From: an uncultured Acidimicrobiales bacterium
GTDB lineage: Bacteria > Actinomycetota > Acidimicrobiia > Acidimicrobiales > SZUA-35
Length of the DNA: 64,000 bases
Assembly: GCA_937930695.1 (NCBI GenBank)
Contig: CALHCB010000029.1
Span: 36,652-100,651 of the forward strand
Direction: 5' to 3'
In this document: piece by piece, positions 17,569 to 27,766 of the stretch
Position numbering within the stretch: position 1 is the first letter of the stretch
Layout of the letters: each line of letters starts with the position of its first letter
Made by a program: the position numbers and the translations under genes
The notes under the pieces: generated by a model
The model's database searches: none
What the model was told of the DNA's origin: nothing
The model's input: only the letters and a program-made list of their open reading frames with translations

Positions 17569-19833
17569 ATGGCGGATCCCGTGCCCGATGCAACTCCTCA
17601 GTCGTCAGAGGCTGCTGGCCTCGCTGGCTCTCCCCGGCTCTTTGAAGGCTTGAATCCTGACCAACTGGAGGCCGTGACACACACGGGTGGGCCGCTTCTG
17701 ATCGTGGCAGGGGCGGGTTCGGGAAAGACACGTGTCCTCACTCGTCGAATCGCCTGGCTGATCGACGAAGGTCATTCGCCTTTTGAGATCCTGGCCATCA
17801 CCTTCACCAACAAAGCGGCAATGGAGATGAAGAACCGGGTGCAGGCCTTGATCGGACCTGTCGCTCAGAAGATGTGGGTCTCGACCTTCCACTCGGCGTG
17901 TGTGCGAATTCTCCGTCGGGAAGCAACGGCACTGAACTATCCATCGAACTTCACGATCTATGACCAGGCAGATGCACAACGATTGATCGGGTATGTGCTT
18001 CGAGATCTCAATATTGATCCGAAGCGATTTCCGCCTCGTTCGATCCACAACATGATCAGTGCCGGGAAGAACGAAGGGCTGAGCCCCGAGCAATATGGCG
18101 ACGCGGCATCTGTGCCGCCACAAAAAAAGGCTGCCGAGGTCTATCACGAATATCAGCGACGCTTGGTTAAAGCTGGAGCGATGGACTTCGACGATCTGCT
18201 GCTCAATGCCACCACGCTGCTCCGAGAGAACCCTGCTGTCACCGAGACCTACCGCCGTCGCTTCCAGCACCTGCTCGTCGATGAGTATCAAGACACCAAC
18301 CCGGTGCAGAACGAGTTCGTGTTGAAATTGGCGGACCAGCATCGTCAGGTCACTGTTGTGGGCGACAACGACCAATCGGTCTACCGATTCCGCGGCGCCG
18401 ACATTCGCAACATCATGCAGTTCGAGGAAGCGTTTCCCGATACCACGGTGATCCTGCTCGAGCAGAACTATCGCTCGTCTCAGACTATTCTCGACGCGGC
18501 CAATGCGGTCATAACCAACAACTTCGGGCGGAAGCCCAAGAACCTCTGGACCGAGGCGGGACCCGGCGAGAAGATCGTCCGTTATCACGCCGACGACGAA
18601 GTGGACGAGAGTCAGTTCGTGGCCAACGAGTTGGCCAGACTCCACGACGGTGGTGACCACCGGTGGGGCGACATGGCGGTGTTCTATCGCACCAATGCGC
18701 AGAGCCGGGTGCTCGAGGAATACCTGATGCGGGTGGGGATTCCCTACAAGGTCATCGGCGGCACTCGGTTCTATGACCGCAAGGAGGTCAAGGATGCGGT
18801 TGCATATCTGAAGGCCGTGGCCAATCCGGCGGATGAGGTCTCACTCAAGCGAATTCTCAATACACCAAAGCGTGGTATCGGGGATACGTCGATCGCCAAG
18901 ATCGATGCCTTTGCCCAGGTACATGGCTACACGTTCTATCAAGCACTCGAACGGGCAGACGATGCCGGGGTTTCCGGCACGGCCGTCAAGGGAATTGCCT
19001 CATTCTTGTCGTTGCACCAGTCGTTCGAGTTGCAACTCAAGAAGGGCCCTGCTTCGACGCTCGAGGCGATTCTGCGAGACACCGGCTACGTCGCCGAACT
19101 GGAAGACCAGCGATCGGTCGAAGCCGAGAGTCGAGTCGAGAACCTCCAGGAACTCGTCGGTGTGTCGCGCCAGTTCGAAACAGTCGACGAGTTTCTCGAA
19201 CAGGTCAGCCTGGTCTCGGACGCAGATGCCGTCGACGATGAGGATGCCGCTGTCATCTTGATGACGCTTCACGCGGCCAAGGGCCTTGAGTTCCCCGTCG
19301 TGTTCGTCCTGGGTCTCGAGGATGGGATCTTCCCTCACATGCGAGCGCTCACCGATCCCGACGAACTCGAGGAAGAACGGCGGCTCTGCTATGTCGGTAT
19401 CACCCGAGCCGAGGAGCGGCTTTACCTCACCAACGCGTGGAGTCGGATGCTGTTCGGCCAGAGTCAGTACAACCCGCCGAGCCGCTTTCTGGATGAGATT
19501 CCTGAAGAACTCCTCACCGAGGCAGACGGAAGCCGAGGAAAGGGCCGCCGTCTGGCCGCGACGACGTTCGGGGGAAGTGGCACCTCATCGTCTCGCATCG
19601 GCGAATCCCGCAACCGGATGGTCGATTCAGCCCTGAAGCCCACAGGTCCTTCACTCTCCGGAGCGGAAGAGATTGGCCTCAAAACCGGTGATGATGTCCG
19701 CCACAACAAGTGGGGCGAAGGCGTGATCCTCGACATCCGCGGCAATGGGGACAAGGCCGAGGCTGTCGTTCGGTTCCCCGACATCGGCGAGAAGACACTC
19801 TTGCTTGCGTGGGCCCCACTCGAAAAAGTTTGA
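17569..19833 (+). CDS. pcrA: ATP-dependent DNA helicase PcrA/UvrD1
   Basis: Walker A AGAGSGKTRVLT, motif II DEYQDTN, VVGDNDQSVYRFRGA, LEQNYRS and a C-terminal KWGEGVILD tail. ATG 17569 preferred over GTG 17527. Confidence 0.9.
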   Translation: MADPVPDATPQSSEAAGLAGSPRLFEGLNPDQLEAVTHTGGPLLIVAGAGSGKTRVLTRRIAWLIDEGHSPFEILAITFTNKAAMEMKNRVQALIGPVAQKMWVSTFHSACVRILRREATALNYPSNFTIYDQADAQRLIGYVLRDLNIDPKRFPPRSIHNMISAGKNEGLSPEQYGDAASVPPQKKAAEVYHEYQRRLVKAGAMDFDDLLLNATTLLRENPAVTETYRRRFQHLLVDEYQDTNPVQNEFVLKLADQHRQVTVVGDNDQSVYRFRGADIRNIMQFEEAFPDTTVILLEQNYRSSQTILDAANAVITNNFGRKPKNLWTEAGPGEKIVRYHADDEVDESQFVANELARLHDGGDHRWGDMAVFYRTNAQSRVLEEYLMRVGIPYKVIGGTRFYDRKEVKDAVAYLKAVANPADEVSLKRILNTPKRGIGDTSIAKIDAFAQVHGYTFYQALERADDAGVSGTAVKGIASFLSLHQSFELQLKKGPASTLEAILRDTGYVAELEDQRSVEAESRVENLQELVGVSRQFETVDEFLEQVSLVSDADAVDDEDAAVILMTLHAAKGLEFPVVFVLGLEDGIFPHMRALTDPDELEEERRLCYVGITRAEERLYLTNAWSRMLFGQSQYNPPSRFLDEIPEELLTEADGSRGKGRRLAATTFGGSGTSSSRIGESRNRMVDSALKPTGPSLSGAEEIGLKTGDDVRHNKWGEGVILDIRGNGDKAEAVVRFPDIGEKTLLLAWAPLEKV

Positions 19834-19849
19834 CTACAGCAGCGGCCGT

Positions 19850-20695
19850 TTACAGCGATTTCTCGTGCTCTTGGGCCCAGTACGGCACGAAGCCGTCGGT
19901 TCCCGTTTCGAGGTAACGAGTATGGGAGACGATTCCCGCCTCGTTGCACCGCAGGATCTGGTAGCCCGGGGGATCAAGAATCAGAGAAATGGGGCCGCCT
20001 GGTTCCAGATCGAGATCGACGTGTTGCACCGTTGACAGGCCGACTTGGGCTGGCACGCCGCCGACACTCGACGAGATGGGCCGGTGAAAGTGTCCGGCCA
20101 CGACACGATCCACCTCGGCAAGCTCGCGGTCGGCCAGCACCGTCGCGAGTCGGTCGAGCCCCACGAATCCTGACCGATCCATCCACTCGATGCCGGTGAG
20201 GAACGGCGGATGGTGAGTGGCAAGAAGAGTCGACCCTTCGTGCTCCTTGCTCAGTACTGCGCGGAGCCACGATTCGCGCTCGTCGTCGAACTCGGCACCG
20301 GACTTGCCAGGAATGGTCGTATCGAGGCCGATGATGCGCACGTTGTCGACGACGGTCACCCAGCTCGCATGGTCACTGTCGGCCCAGGGAATGTGCCCGA
20401 ACGTTTCCTTCATTCGGGTGCGATCGTCGTGATTGCCGGGAATGGGGAGAAAGGGTGCTTGGAGGTCAGAGAGCAAACCAGCGAGCGTCTCGTATTCCGC
20501 CGCTGATCCCCAGTTGACGAGATCACCGGTGCCAAGCACCACATCGATCGTTGGCTGTTCGCCGTTTACCATGGCGACCGCCTGGGCAAGGCGCCCGTTG
20601 TTGTCGACGAACAGCTCTTCGTCTGTCTCGGGGTGGACAACATGTGTGTCGGTGAGCTGAGCGATGAGAACTGCGGGCACGTCTGATGTTGGCAC
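19850..20695 (-). CDS. metallophosphoesterase (CpdA/Rv0805-like phosphodiesterase)
   Basis: Motifs LTDTHV, GTGDLV, GNHD, THHPP and GHFH. The track ORF extends to 20911 across the upstream gene. GTG 20695 (or 20680) follows that gene's stop at 20700-20702. Confidence 0.75.
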   Translation of the reverse strand: MPTSDVPAVLIAQLTDTHVVHPETDEELFVDNNGRLAQAVAMVNGEQPTIDVVLGTGDLVNWGSAAEYETLAGLLSDLQAPFLPIPGNHDDRTRMKETFGHIPWADSDHASWVTVVDNVRIIGLDTTIPGKSGAEFDDERESWLRAVLSKEHEGSTLLATHHPPFLTGIEWMDRSGFVGLDRLATVLADRELAEVDRVVAGHFHRPISSSVGGVPAQVGLSTVQHVDLDLEPGGPISLILDPPGYQILRCNEAGIVSHTRYLETGTDGFVPYWAQEHEKSL

Positions 20696-20699
20696 GAAC

Positions 20700-21200
20700 T
20701 CAGCCTTCCACGGTGGTCGAGCTGCGATCAGCTGCGTTGATATCGATCGACAGAATCCCGTCTTGGTCGATCTCGACCGGATAACGAGGTAACCCTGTGC
20801 CGTCTGCGGGGAACAGTTCGCCCCCACATGGTTCGAGAAATTCCTCGGTCTCTGGCTGCCATTCGAGGGTGCAATTGCGAGCCGCGTCGAGCGGGCGAGC
20901 GGCAAAGGCAATCCAGCCGCTTTCCTCGTTGTCGCCGACGTGTTGAAGAATCACATCACGGTCTCGGCTGGCAACGTCGCTGAACAGTATGGGGCCCGTG
21001 TCTTCGACCGAGGCGGCAAGATCGTCGGTCGGACCTGCGACAAAGATGGCGCCTGCCCCAAGAAGTTCTCCCCCCGAGTCTTGGACAAGGTTTCCCTGAC
21101 GCAGGATGAGGAATGCGATGGCTGCGAAGCCTGCAAAGCCGGCAAACATCACAATGAAAGCCTGGCGACCTTGCCCCGAACCACCCTCAGCGACAGGCAT
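20700..21200 (-). CDS. hypothetical membrane-anchored protein
   Basis: 166 aa with an N-terminal helix FIVMFAGFAGFAAIAFLIL. No motif recognised. Confidence 0.5.
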   Translation of the reverse strand: MPVAEGGSGQGRQAFIVMFAGFAGFAAIAFLILRQGNLVQDSGGELLGAGAIFVAGPTDDLAASVEDTGPILFSDVASRDRDVILQHVGDNEESGWIAFAARPLDAARNCTLEWQPETEEFLEPCGGELFPADGTGLPRYPVEIDQDGILSIDINAADRSSTTVEG

Positions 21201-21305
21201 GGTTCATCCTCGTACCAAAATGAGTGGCGATCGAACTCGGTGTGTTGGTGGGCACGGCCCTAGTATCGCCTCGAACCAGTTGAGACCCACGAGCGGAGGC
21301 TACGG

Positions 21306-22445
21306 GTGGACCTACTCGAGTATCAAGGCAAGCAGTTTTTTGCGTCATACGGGATTCCCGTGTCAGACGGAGAAGCCTGTCAAGACGTCGACACAGCTGT
21401 CGCAGTAGCCGACCGTGTCGGCTACCCAGTCGTGGTGAAGGCGCAGGTGCATACCGGCGGCCGCGGCAAGGCTGGCGGCGTCAAGTTGGCAGAGAATGCA
21501 GATGAGTGCCGCGAGCACGCATCGAACATCCTCGGGCTCGACATCAAAGGCCACATCGTCGAGACGATTTGGATCGAGAACGCATCGGACATCGCTGAGG
21601 AGTACTACGCGAGTTTCACGCTCGATCGTTCGGCGAAGAAGCACCTCGGGATGTTGTCCGCAGAAGGCGGCGTCGAGATCGAGACGGTGGCTGAAGACAA
21701 TCCTGATGCCATCGCCAAGATCCATATCGATCCGGCCGAAGGACTCTCCGAGGAGGCCTGTCGCGCATGGGTCGAGGCCGCGAACCTCAATCCTGCGGCC
21801 AACGATGGAACGGTCGACATTCTTCTCAAGCTCTACACCGCCTACACCAAGGGTGATGCGGACTTGTGTGAGATCAATCCGCTCATCCTCAAGCCAACGG
21901 GCGAAGTCCACGCGCTTGATGCCAAGGTGAGCCTGGACGGCAGCGCCGTCTTCCGTCACGAGGAGTACGTGCAGTACGAGGCCACGCAGCCACGCGATGA
22001 ACGCGAAGAAGCTGCCCACGAAAAGGGCCTGCAGTATGTCGGGCTCGATGGATCAGTCGGCGTTATCGCCAACGGTGCAGGATTGGCAATGAGCACGGTC
22101 GACGTCATCAATCAGGTCGGTGGCGAACCAGCCAACTTCCTCGACATTGGTGGCGGCGCGAATGCGGACGTCATGGCTGGCGCACTCGAGGTCATCAACA
22201 ACGATCCGAAGGTGAAGTCAATCTTCATCAATATCTTCGGCGGCATCACCCGAGGTGAAGAAGTGGCCAACGGCATCATCGAAGCTATGGCTCGCGTCAA
22301 CATCGATTCGCCGATCGTGATTCGACTGGACGGAACAAATGCCGATGAGGGTCGAGCCATTCTCGAGCCCGCCCTCAACGACAAGTTGATGATGGAATCG
22401 ACCATGCTCGACGCGGCTCGCAAAGCCGTCGAGCTGGCGAGCTGA
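21306..22445 (+). CDS. sucC: succinyl-CoA synthetase beta subunit
   Basis: VDLLEYQGKQFFASYGIPV.., ATP-grasp region, C-terminal FINIFGGITR. GTG start. Confidence 0.95.
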   Translation: MDLLEYQGKQFFASYGIPVSDGEACQDVDTAVAVADRVGYPVVVKAQVHTGGRGKAGGVKLAENADECREHASNILGLDIKGHIVETIWIENASDIAEEYYASFTLDRSAKKHLGMLSAEGGVEIETVAEDNPDAIAKIHIDPAEGLSEEACRAWVEAANLNPAANDGTVDILLKLYTAYTKGDADLCEINPLILKPTGEVHALDAKVSLDGSAVFRHEEYVQYEATQPRDEREEAAHEKGLQYVGLDGSVGVIANGAGLAMSTVDVINQVGGEPANFLDIGGGANADVMAGALEVINNDPKVKSIFINIFGGITRGEEVANGIIEAMARVNIDSPIVIRLDGTNADEGRAILEPALNDKLMMESTMLDAARKAVELAS

Positions 22446-22456
22446 GGAGACGAATC

Positions 22457-23341
22457 ATGAGCATCTTTCTCGACGAGAACACCAAGGTCGTCTACCAGGG
22501 ACTGACCGGCTCGACCGGTCGGTACTACGGCAACTTGAACAAGGAGTACGGCACTCAGGTGGTCGCCGGAACTCATCCGAAGAAGGCCGGCACCGACGTC
22601 GACGGCATTCCGATCTTTGCATCGGTCGCCGAGGCGAAAGCCGAAACTGGCGCGACCGCATCGTGCATCTTCATTCCTGCTCCCGGAGTACGTGGAGCAG
22701 TTCTCGAAGCCGCCGAAGCTGGTCTTGAGCTAGTGGTCTGCATCACCGAGGGCGTTCCCGCTCACGATGAAGCTGAGTTCTTCAACATTCTGAAGCGAGA
22801 CTTTCCAGGAACGCGCTTGCTGGGACCCAACTGTCCCGGTCTGATCTCACCCGGAAAGGCCAACGTGGGAATCACGGCTGGTCATATCGCCAAGGCTGGC
22901 GGGCCAGTTGGCATCGTGAGCCGTTCGGGCACGCTGACCTATCAGGCGCTCTATGAACTGCAACAGCAGGACATCGGAGTGACAACCTGTGTTGGTATCG
23001 GTGGCGATCCGGTTCCGGGAACCAGCTTCATTGATTGCCTCGAGGCATTTGAGGCAGATCCAGACACCAAAGCCGTGATGATGATCGGCGAAATCGGTGG
23101 GTCGGCTGAAGAAGAAGCAGCCGACTACATCAAGAATCACATGAGCAAGCCGGTTGCCAGCTACGTCGCTGGCGTCACTGCGCCTCCTGGCAAGAAGATG
23201 GGCCACGCGGGCGCCATCGTGTCGGGCGGCAAGGGCACGGCGAAGGCCAAGATGGAAGCCCTCGAGGATGCCGGAGTCAAGGTTGGTCAGAACCCAACCG
23301 AGGCTGGCGAACTCATGGTGGAGATCGTCGCCAACCTGTAA
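22457..23341 (+). CDS. sucD: succinyl-CoA synthetase alpha subunit
   Basis: SRSGTLTYQ and phosphohistidine loop [15 protein letters not shown]. Confidence 0.95.
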   Translation: MSIFLDENTKVVYQGLTGSTGRYYGNLNKEYGTQVVAGTHPKKAGTDVDGIPIFASVAEAKAETGATASCIFIPAPGVRGAVLEAAEAGLELVVCITEGVPAHDEAEFFNILKRDFPGTRLLGPNCPGLISPGKANVGITAGHIAKAGGPVGIVSRSGTLTYQALYELQQQDIGVTTCVGIGGDPVPGTSFIDCLEAFEADPDTKAVMMIGEIGGSAEEEAADYIKNHMSKPVASYVAGVTAPPGKKMGHAGAIVSGGKGTAKAKMEALEDAGVKVGQNPTEAGELMVEIVANL

Positions 23342-23360
23342 TTCGATCGGGAGGATCCGG

Positions 23361-24437
23361 ATGGCGATGCTCGCTCTGGTCTCAGAGCGCATCGCCCCGG
23401 ATCGACCCCGGAACTGCTTCACTGTCCCGGTGCACAAAGCGGCGGCAGTCCTCGTTGGTATCTGTCTCCTCTGCGCTGCTTGTGTGACGGGTGAGCGCCC
23501 CGTTCTCACGGGCGAGATGCTCCCGTCAACAACGATGCCTGAGGACGAGCAAGGAGCACTCCCAGCGGCGAGTGAGACGACCACATCGGTTGCCGAGCCC
23601 ACGGTGAGCGAACAGGTTGCTCGAGAGGATGCTCGGGCCTTGGTAACACCAACTGGTGTCATCGTCCCAGTCCTCGAGGTGACCCCCGAAGAGTTTGTGA
23701 TCCGCACCCCATGCGGGGAGACGTCGTCGCTGACGCTTGGCACGCCAATCGCTGTCGCCCGGGTTGTGCTGGACCCCGGGCACGGTGGCGAGGAGAGTGG
23801 CGCGGTCGGGCCCAATGGGCTGCAAGAGAAGGATCTCAACCTGGAGATTGCGCAACGAGCAATGCGCAAGCTCGAAGAGCGCGGGATCTCCGTCGTTCTG
23901 GCTCGTACGGACGACTACCGGATTCCGCTTTCGACCAGAGCGGAGATCGGCAATCGACTCGGGGCCGAGGTCATGGTGTCCATCCATCACAACGCACCCA
24001 ACTGGCTCGATTCGAACATTCCAGGGAGCGAGATCTTCGTGCAGAGTGGATCCACTGAGTCGCGACGCCTCGGCGGCCTTCTCTACGAAGAGATCGTTGG
24101 GGCACTCCTGCAGTTCGACGTTGCGTGGACGACGAACGACGATGCGGGCGCTCTTGCCGTGCTGAACAGCGACGGAGAAGACGCTTACGGCATGATCCGC
24201 CGACCGGAAATGCCCGCTGTCCTGGCGGAGTTCGGCTACTTGTCAAACCCGGCGGAAGCCGACCTATTTCTCACTGATGAATATCGTGACGTCGCCGCCG
24301 AAGCGTTGGCAGCAGGGATCGAGCGATACCTGTTCACGGACGATCCTGGCTCTGGGTTCGTAGATGAGCCTCGAATCTTCACTCCAGATGGCAGTACGGG
24401 GGGTTCTGGCGGCTGCATTGACCCTCCTCTCGAATAG
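23361..24437 (+). CDS. N-acetylmuramoyl-L-alanine amidase (Amidase_3), probable lipoprotein
   Basis: ATG 23361 follows RBS gggagga. Lipobox-like ICLLCAAC. Catalytic region VVLDPGHGGEESGAVG..EKDLNL..SIHHNA. The track ORF 23154 start overlaps sucD. Confidence 0.85.
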   Translation: MAMLALVSERIAPDRPRNCFTVPVHKAAAVLVGICLLCAACVTGERPVLTGEMLPSTTMPEDEQGALPAASETTTSVAEPTVSEQVAREDARALVTPTGVIVPVLEVTPEEFVIRTPCGETSSLTLGTPIAVARVVLDPGHGGEESGAVGPNGLQEKDLNLEIAQRAMRKLEERGISVVLARTDDYRIPLSTRAEIGNRLGAEVMVSIHHNAPNWLDSNIPGSEIFVQSGSTESRRLGGLLYEEIVGALLQFDVAWTTNDDAGALAVLNSDGEDAYGMIRRPEMPAVLAEFGYLSNPAEADLFLTDEYRDVAAEALAAGIERYLFTDDPGSGFVDEPRIFTPDGSTGGSGGCIDPPLE

Positions 24438-24455
24438 ACAGATAACGTCGTCGAC

Positions 24456-26009
24456 GTGCGCGCCTTGCTGTCCGTCTATGACAAAACCGGAGTAGCAGAA
24501 TTCGCTGCTTCCCTCCACGAACTCGGAGTTGACCTCGTCTCCTCGGGAGGGACTGCCCGGGTGATCGCCAAGGCAGGGATTCCGGTCACTGACGTCGCAG
24601 ATTTCACAGGGTTCCCTGCCATGCTCGGTCACCGGGTCGTGACGTTGCACCCCAACGTGCACGGCGGAGTGCTTGCTGACCGCCGAGATCCTGCGCACGT
24701 ACGAGATCTCGAAGAGCACGGCATCGATTTGATCGACATTGTCGTGAGCAATCTCTACCCGTTCGGGGCCGACCCATCGTCATTCGACCACGCCGGTGAT
24801 TCCTCAGCGTCCTCAACCGACTTGATCGACATCGGCGGCCCGACGCTGATGCGGGCGGCCGCAAAGAACAACGAGTACGTCACCGTGCTTGTCGATCCGA
24901 CTGACTACCAGTCGGTGCTCGATGAGCTCAAGGCAGGGCGAACAACGACGCCGACGACCCGTCGCCGGCTGGCTCGGAAGGCCTTTGCGCATACCGCGGC
25001 GTACGACGCTGCGATCGTGCAGTGGTTCGATGCGGAGGAGCAGGTGCTTCATCCTGCGGAGACCCTTCCCCCAACCGTGCACCTTGCCCTCGAGCGCCGG
25101 GACGAGCTTCGCTACGGCGAGAACCCTCATCAGCGCGGTGCTCGCTATGGCGTCAAGAACCAGCCGAGCTGGTGGGACAGTGTGACCCAACACAGTGGAC
25201 TCGCTCTGAGTTACCTCAACATCTTTGATGCAGATGCCGCGTGGCGCCTGGTGCACGACCTGGGTGAAGACCCAGCGGCGGTGATCATCAAACACGCGAA
25301 TCCCTGTGGCGCAGCTGCCCACCTCGATCTCGCAGCGGCATACGCCAACGCCTTTGCCTGTGACCCTCGGTCCGCATTCGGAGGCATCGTTGCCCTCAAC
25401 CGAGTTGTTGACCTCGACACCGTTGCGGAGATCGAGGGTGCGGCCCAGGCCGACCTGATCATCGCTCCTGGATTCGCCGAGGGCGTCGTGGACCGCATCA
25501 TCGCGAAGCGAAAGACCACGCGGATTCTGCAGGCAACGCCCCCGCCAGCAGCTTCGTTGTCGATCCGCCAGCTGTCCGATAGCTACCTCGTGCAGGAGCC
25601 CCACCACTTCGGGTCACAACCGGCTGACTGGCAAGTGGTCTCAAAGGTGGAGCCCACCGCCGAACAGCTTCGGGACGCGGAGTTTGCGTGGCGAGTGTGT
25701 GGCCATGTCACGTCGAACGCCATCGTGCTCGCGAAGGACGGCACGTCGTGGGGCATCGGGGCAGGCCAGCAGAACCGAGTCGAGTCCGGCGAGATCGCAG
25801 CCGCGAAGGCAGATGGTCGCGCAGTAGGCGGGGCATGCGCCTCGGACGCCTTTTATCCATTCGCTGACGGAATCGATGCCGCTGCCGCGGCGGGCGCCGC
25901 CATTGTGATTCAGCCTGGTGGTTCGGTTCGCGACGAGGAGGTCATCGCCGCAGCAGATGGACACGGCCTGGCGATGGTGTTCACCGGAGAGCGTCAGTTT
26001 CTCCATTAA
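24456..26009 (+). CDS. purH: bifunctional AICAR formyltransferase / IMP cyclohydrolase
   Basis: RALLSVYDKTG.., GGTA..I.V.DV, ..IKHANPCG.., ending GERQFLH. Confidence 0.95.
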   Translation: MRALLSVYDKTGVAEFAASLHELGVDLVSSGGTARVIAKAGIPVTDVADFTGFPAMLGHRVVTLHPNVHGGVLADRRDPAHVRDLEEHGIDLIDIVVSNLYPFGADPSSFDHAGDSSASSTDLIDIGGPTLMRAAAKNNEYVTVLVDPTDYQSVLDELKAGRTTTPTTRRRLARKAFAHTAAYDAAIVQWFDAEEQVLHPAETLPPTVHLALERRDELRYGENPHQRGARYGVKNQPSWWDSVTQHSGLALSYLNIFDADAAWRLVHDLGEDPAAVIIKHANPCGAAAHLDLAAAYANAFACDPRSAFGGIVALNRVVDLDTVAEIEGAAQADLIIAPGFAEGVVDRIIAKRKTTRILQATPPPAASLSIRQLSDSYLVQEPHHFGSQPADWQVVSKVEPTAEQLRDAEFAWRVCGHVTSNAIVLAKDGTSWGIGAGQQNRVESGEIAAAKADGRAVGGACASDAFYPFADGIDAAAAAGAAIVIQPGGSVRDEEVIAAADGHGLAMVFTGERQFLH

Positions 26010-26033
26010 AGGGTTGCTCCCGTTGCTCCGGGG

Positions 26034-26768
26034 CTACGGCGCGTGATATCCGAATTGATCGATCAATCCGGCGCGACCAGTGTCCGTGAGTTGCAGGCCT
26101 CGGCGAGTCGCGCTCCGGAGGAACCAACGCTGTTCGATCATGATGTCGAGCAGCTGGGCTGGCACGCCGCCGGCAAGGTGCGTCTTGCGTTCGCTCCAGT
26201 CCAGGCATCGTCGAAGCGCCGGCCGACCTGAGATTGCCTTGGTCACGAAGCCCAGTTCAGAGAAGAGGTCTTCGCCAGAGCTCGTGAGGTGTGCCGCGGT
26301 GTCGATGTACTCGACCAGCCCCTTGTCCACGAGATGATCGGTCAAGCCGACTGCGACGGTTCCGGCAAGGTGGTCATAGCAACTTCGGGCATAGGCCAAG
26401 TCAGCCGGCACTTTTGATGATCGCTTGACTGGCTGCCCACCACCGAATTCAAAGACGGCCTCCAGCACGCTGGCGACCTCGGCATCCTTCATTCGGTAGT
26501 AACGGTGGCGCCCCTGCGCTTCCACGACGACGAGGCCGCCATCGAGAAGCTTCGAGAGATGCTCACTAGCCGTTGAGGCGGCTACACCGACATGGCGATG
26601 GAGTTCCGTGACGGTGTAGGCCCGGCCATCGAAGAGTGCATCGAGAAGCGCAACTCGGGTTGCGTCAGCCAGCAGCTGACCAAACTCGACAACGTTTTCA
26701 GTAGCCATTTCTTGATCGTAGGTCGACAACGTTTCGGCTATCGGCGAAATGTTGTCGTGCACACTCAC
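26034..26768 (-). CDS. ArsR-family winged-helix transcriptional regulator with C-terminal Cys-containing domain
   Basis: HTH region LLADATRVALLDALFDGRAYTVTELHRHVGVAASTASEHLSKLLDGGLV. C-terminal motifs SCYDHLAG and RCLDWSER. An alternative start is ATG 26705. Confidence 0.7.
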   Translation of the reverse strand: MSVHDNISPIAETLSTYDQEMATENVVEFGQLLADATRVALLDALFDGRAYTVTELHRHVGVAASTASEHLSKLLDGGLVVVEAQGRHRYYRMKDAEVASVLEAVFEFGGGQPVKRSSKVPADLAYARSCYDHLAGTVAVGLTDHLVDKGLVEYIDTAAHLTSSGEDLFSELGFVTKAISGRPALRRCLDWSERKTHLAGGVPAQLLDIMIEQRWFLRSATRRGLQLTDTGRAGLIDQFGYHAP

Positions 26769-26771
26769 TTC

Positions 26772-27659
26772 ATGAGTGCTGTCACCTTCTCATCCCGAAC
26801 TGATGTTGAGCATGTTCTCAGCTCAAGTGACTTCGAGCCGCCGCCTGGTCGCTCGACGGACGGATCGGTTGCCGGACTGCGGGCCGCGATGGCTCGGTTC
26901 AGTGGTGAGGCAGATCATACGCACCGGCGGGCCGCCGTGGAGTTGGCGGTGCGCCTCATTTCTGACTTCCCGTTCGCCCTCGATGCGGAGCGACGCACCC
27001 TGGATGTTCTGGCTTCAGGTGAACGTGTCGAAACGATGGCTGATCTCGCTTTTGTCGTGCCGACGGCAACGCTGGCGAACGCCCTACTTGCATCGTCGAA
27101 GCACCAAGACCCACTCACACTCGGTTCGATCCGTCGCGATGTCTTGGCAGTCGTTGAGGTTGTTGGCCGGCAGCTGGGTTCGAACGATGCGGCCGACGAC
27201 GCCGCAGATCGGCTTCGAGATCGTTTCCACGATCACCCGGCGGGACCGGTGGCTCCGATCTCCTTGCTCTATCAGAATCACGATGCGACCGCCGCCCTTC
27301 TTGGTGCCACGATTATCGCCAACCATCGGGGATGGCCACGACGGTGTTCGCTCGCTCGAACTGTCCGGGTTGCGATCCGTCCGACCACAGTCGGCGGGAC
27401 GGCTATCGCAGAAGGAGACGCGGTCTTGCTCGATTTGGAATCGACGGAGCTGGAGTTCGGTGCTGGTCCACACCAGTGTCCTGGTCAGCGTGTGGCAGAG
27501 CAGATTGTTCTCGGCGTCACGACCGCTCTCGAGCGCTCGCAGTATGGCGTTGTTCGCAGTCTTGTGGAATTCCACGACGATGGTCGACCGAGCCGCCTTC
27601 CGATGGAACCCGTGTCAACTGTCTTGCCGTATCGTGGGAGCCCACCTACAGTCGACTGA
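26772..27659 (+). CDS. short cytochrome P450-like protein
   Basis: 295 aa from ATG 26772. Cys-ligand loop FGAGPHQCPG, I-helix-like YQNHDATAALLG, and MARFSGEADHTHRR resembling the DPPxHxxxR region. Confidence 0.6.
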   Translation: MSAVTFSSRTDVEHVLSSSDFEPPPGRSTDGSVAGLRAAMARFSGEADHTHRRAAVELAVRLISDFPFALDAERRTLDVLASGERVETMADLAFVVPTATLANALLASSKHQDPLTLGSIRRDVLAVVEVVGRQLGSNDAADDAADRLRDRFHDHPAGPVAPISLLYQNHDATAALLGATIIANHRGWPRRCSLARTVRVAIRPTTVGGTAIAEGDAVLLDLESTELEFGAGPHQCPGQRVAEQIVLGVTTALERSQYGVVRSLVEFHDDGRPSRLPMEPVSTVLPYRGSPPTVD

Positions 27660-27766
27660 CAACACGGTCGTGGATGCGCGTTGCGTCTGCGGGTGTCGAC
27701 GTCTCGATGTAGCGAGACCGTCCACCGCCGGCACCGTGCAGGAACCAACGACATACGGAGGCCATC

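Noticed and set aside
17605-18660. A long antisense ORF (351 aa) opposite pcrA
   Set aside because: This is a high-GC shadow ORF opposite a gene with strong motif support, with an Arg/Gly/Val/His-rich implausible composition. The same applies to other long antisense shadows:
- 3183-4133
- 4148-5149
- 7014-7949
- 8937-9833
- 11310-12095
- 22847-23869
- 24813-25607
- 30951-31709
- 32717-33871
- 41704-42864
- 42627-43658
- 43772-44716
- 44721-45662
- 46601-47500
- 56218-57096
27660-27766. A possible SAM/SAH riboswitch upstream of metF (contains CAGGAAC)
   Set aside because: I could not find the GAGGAGCG-type or other conserved cores, or a convincing pseudoknot or stem architecture. A covariance-model scan (Rfam SAH, SAM-IV, SAM-II) would be needed.
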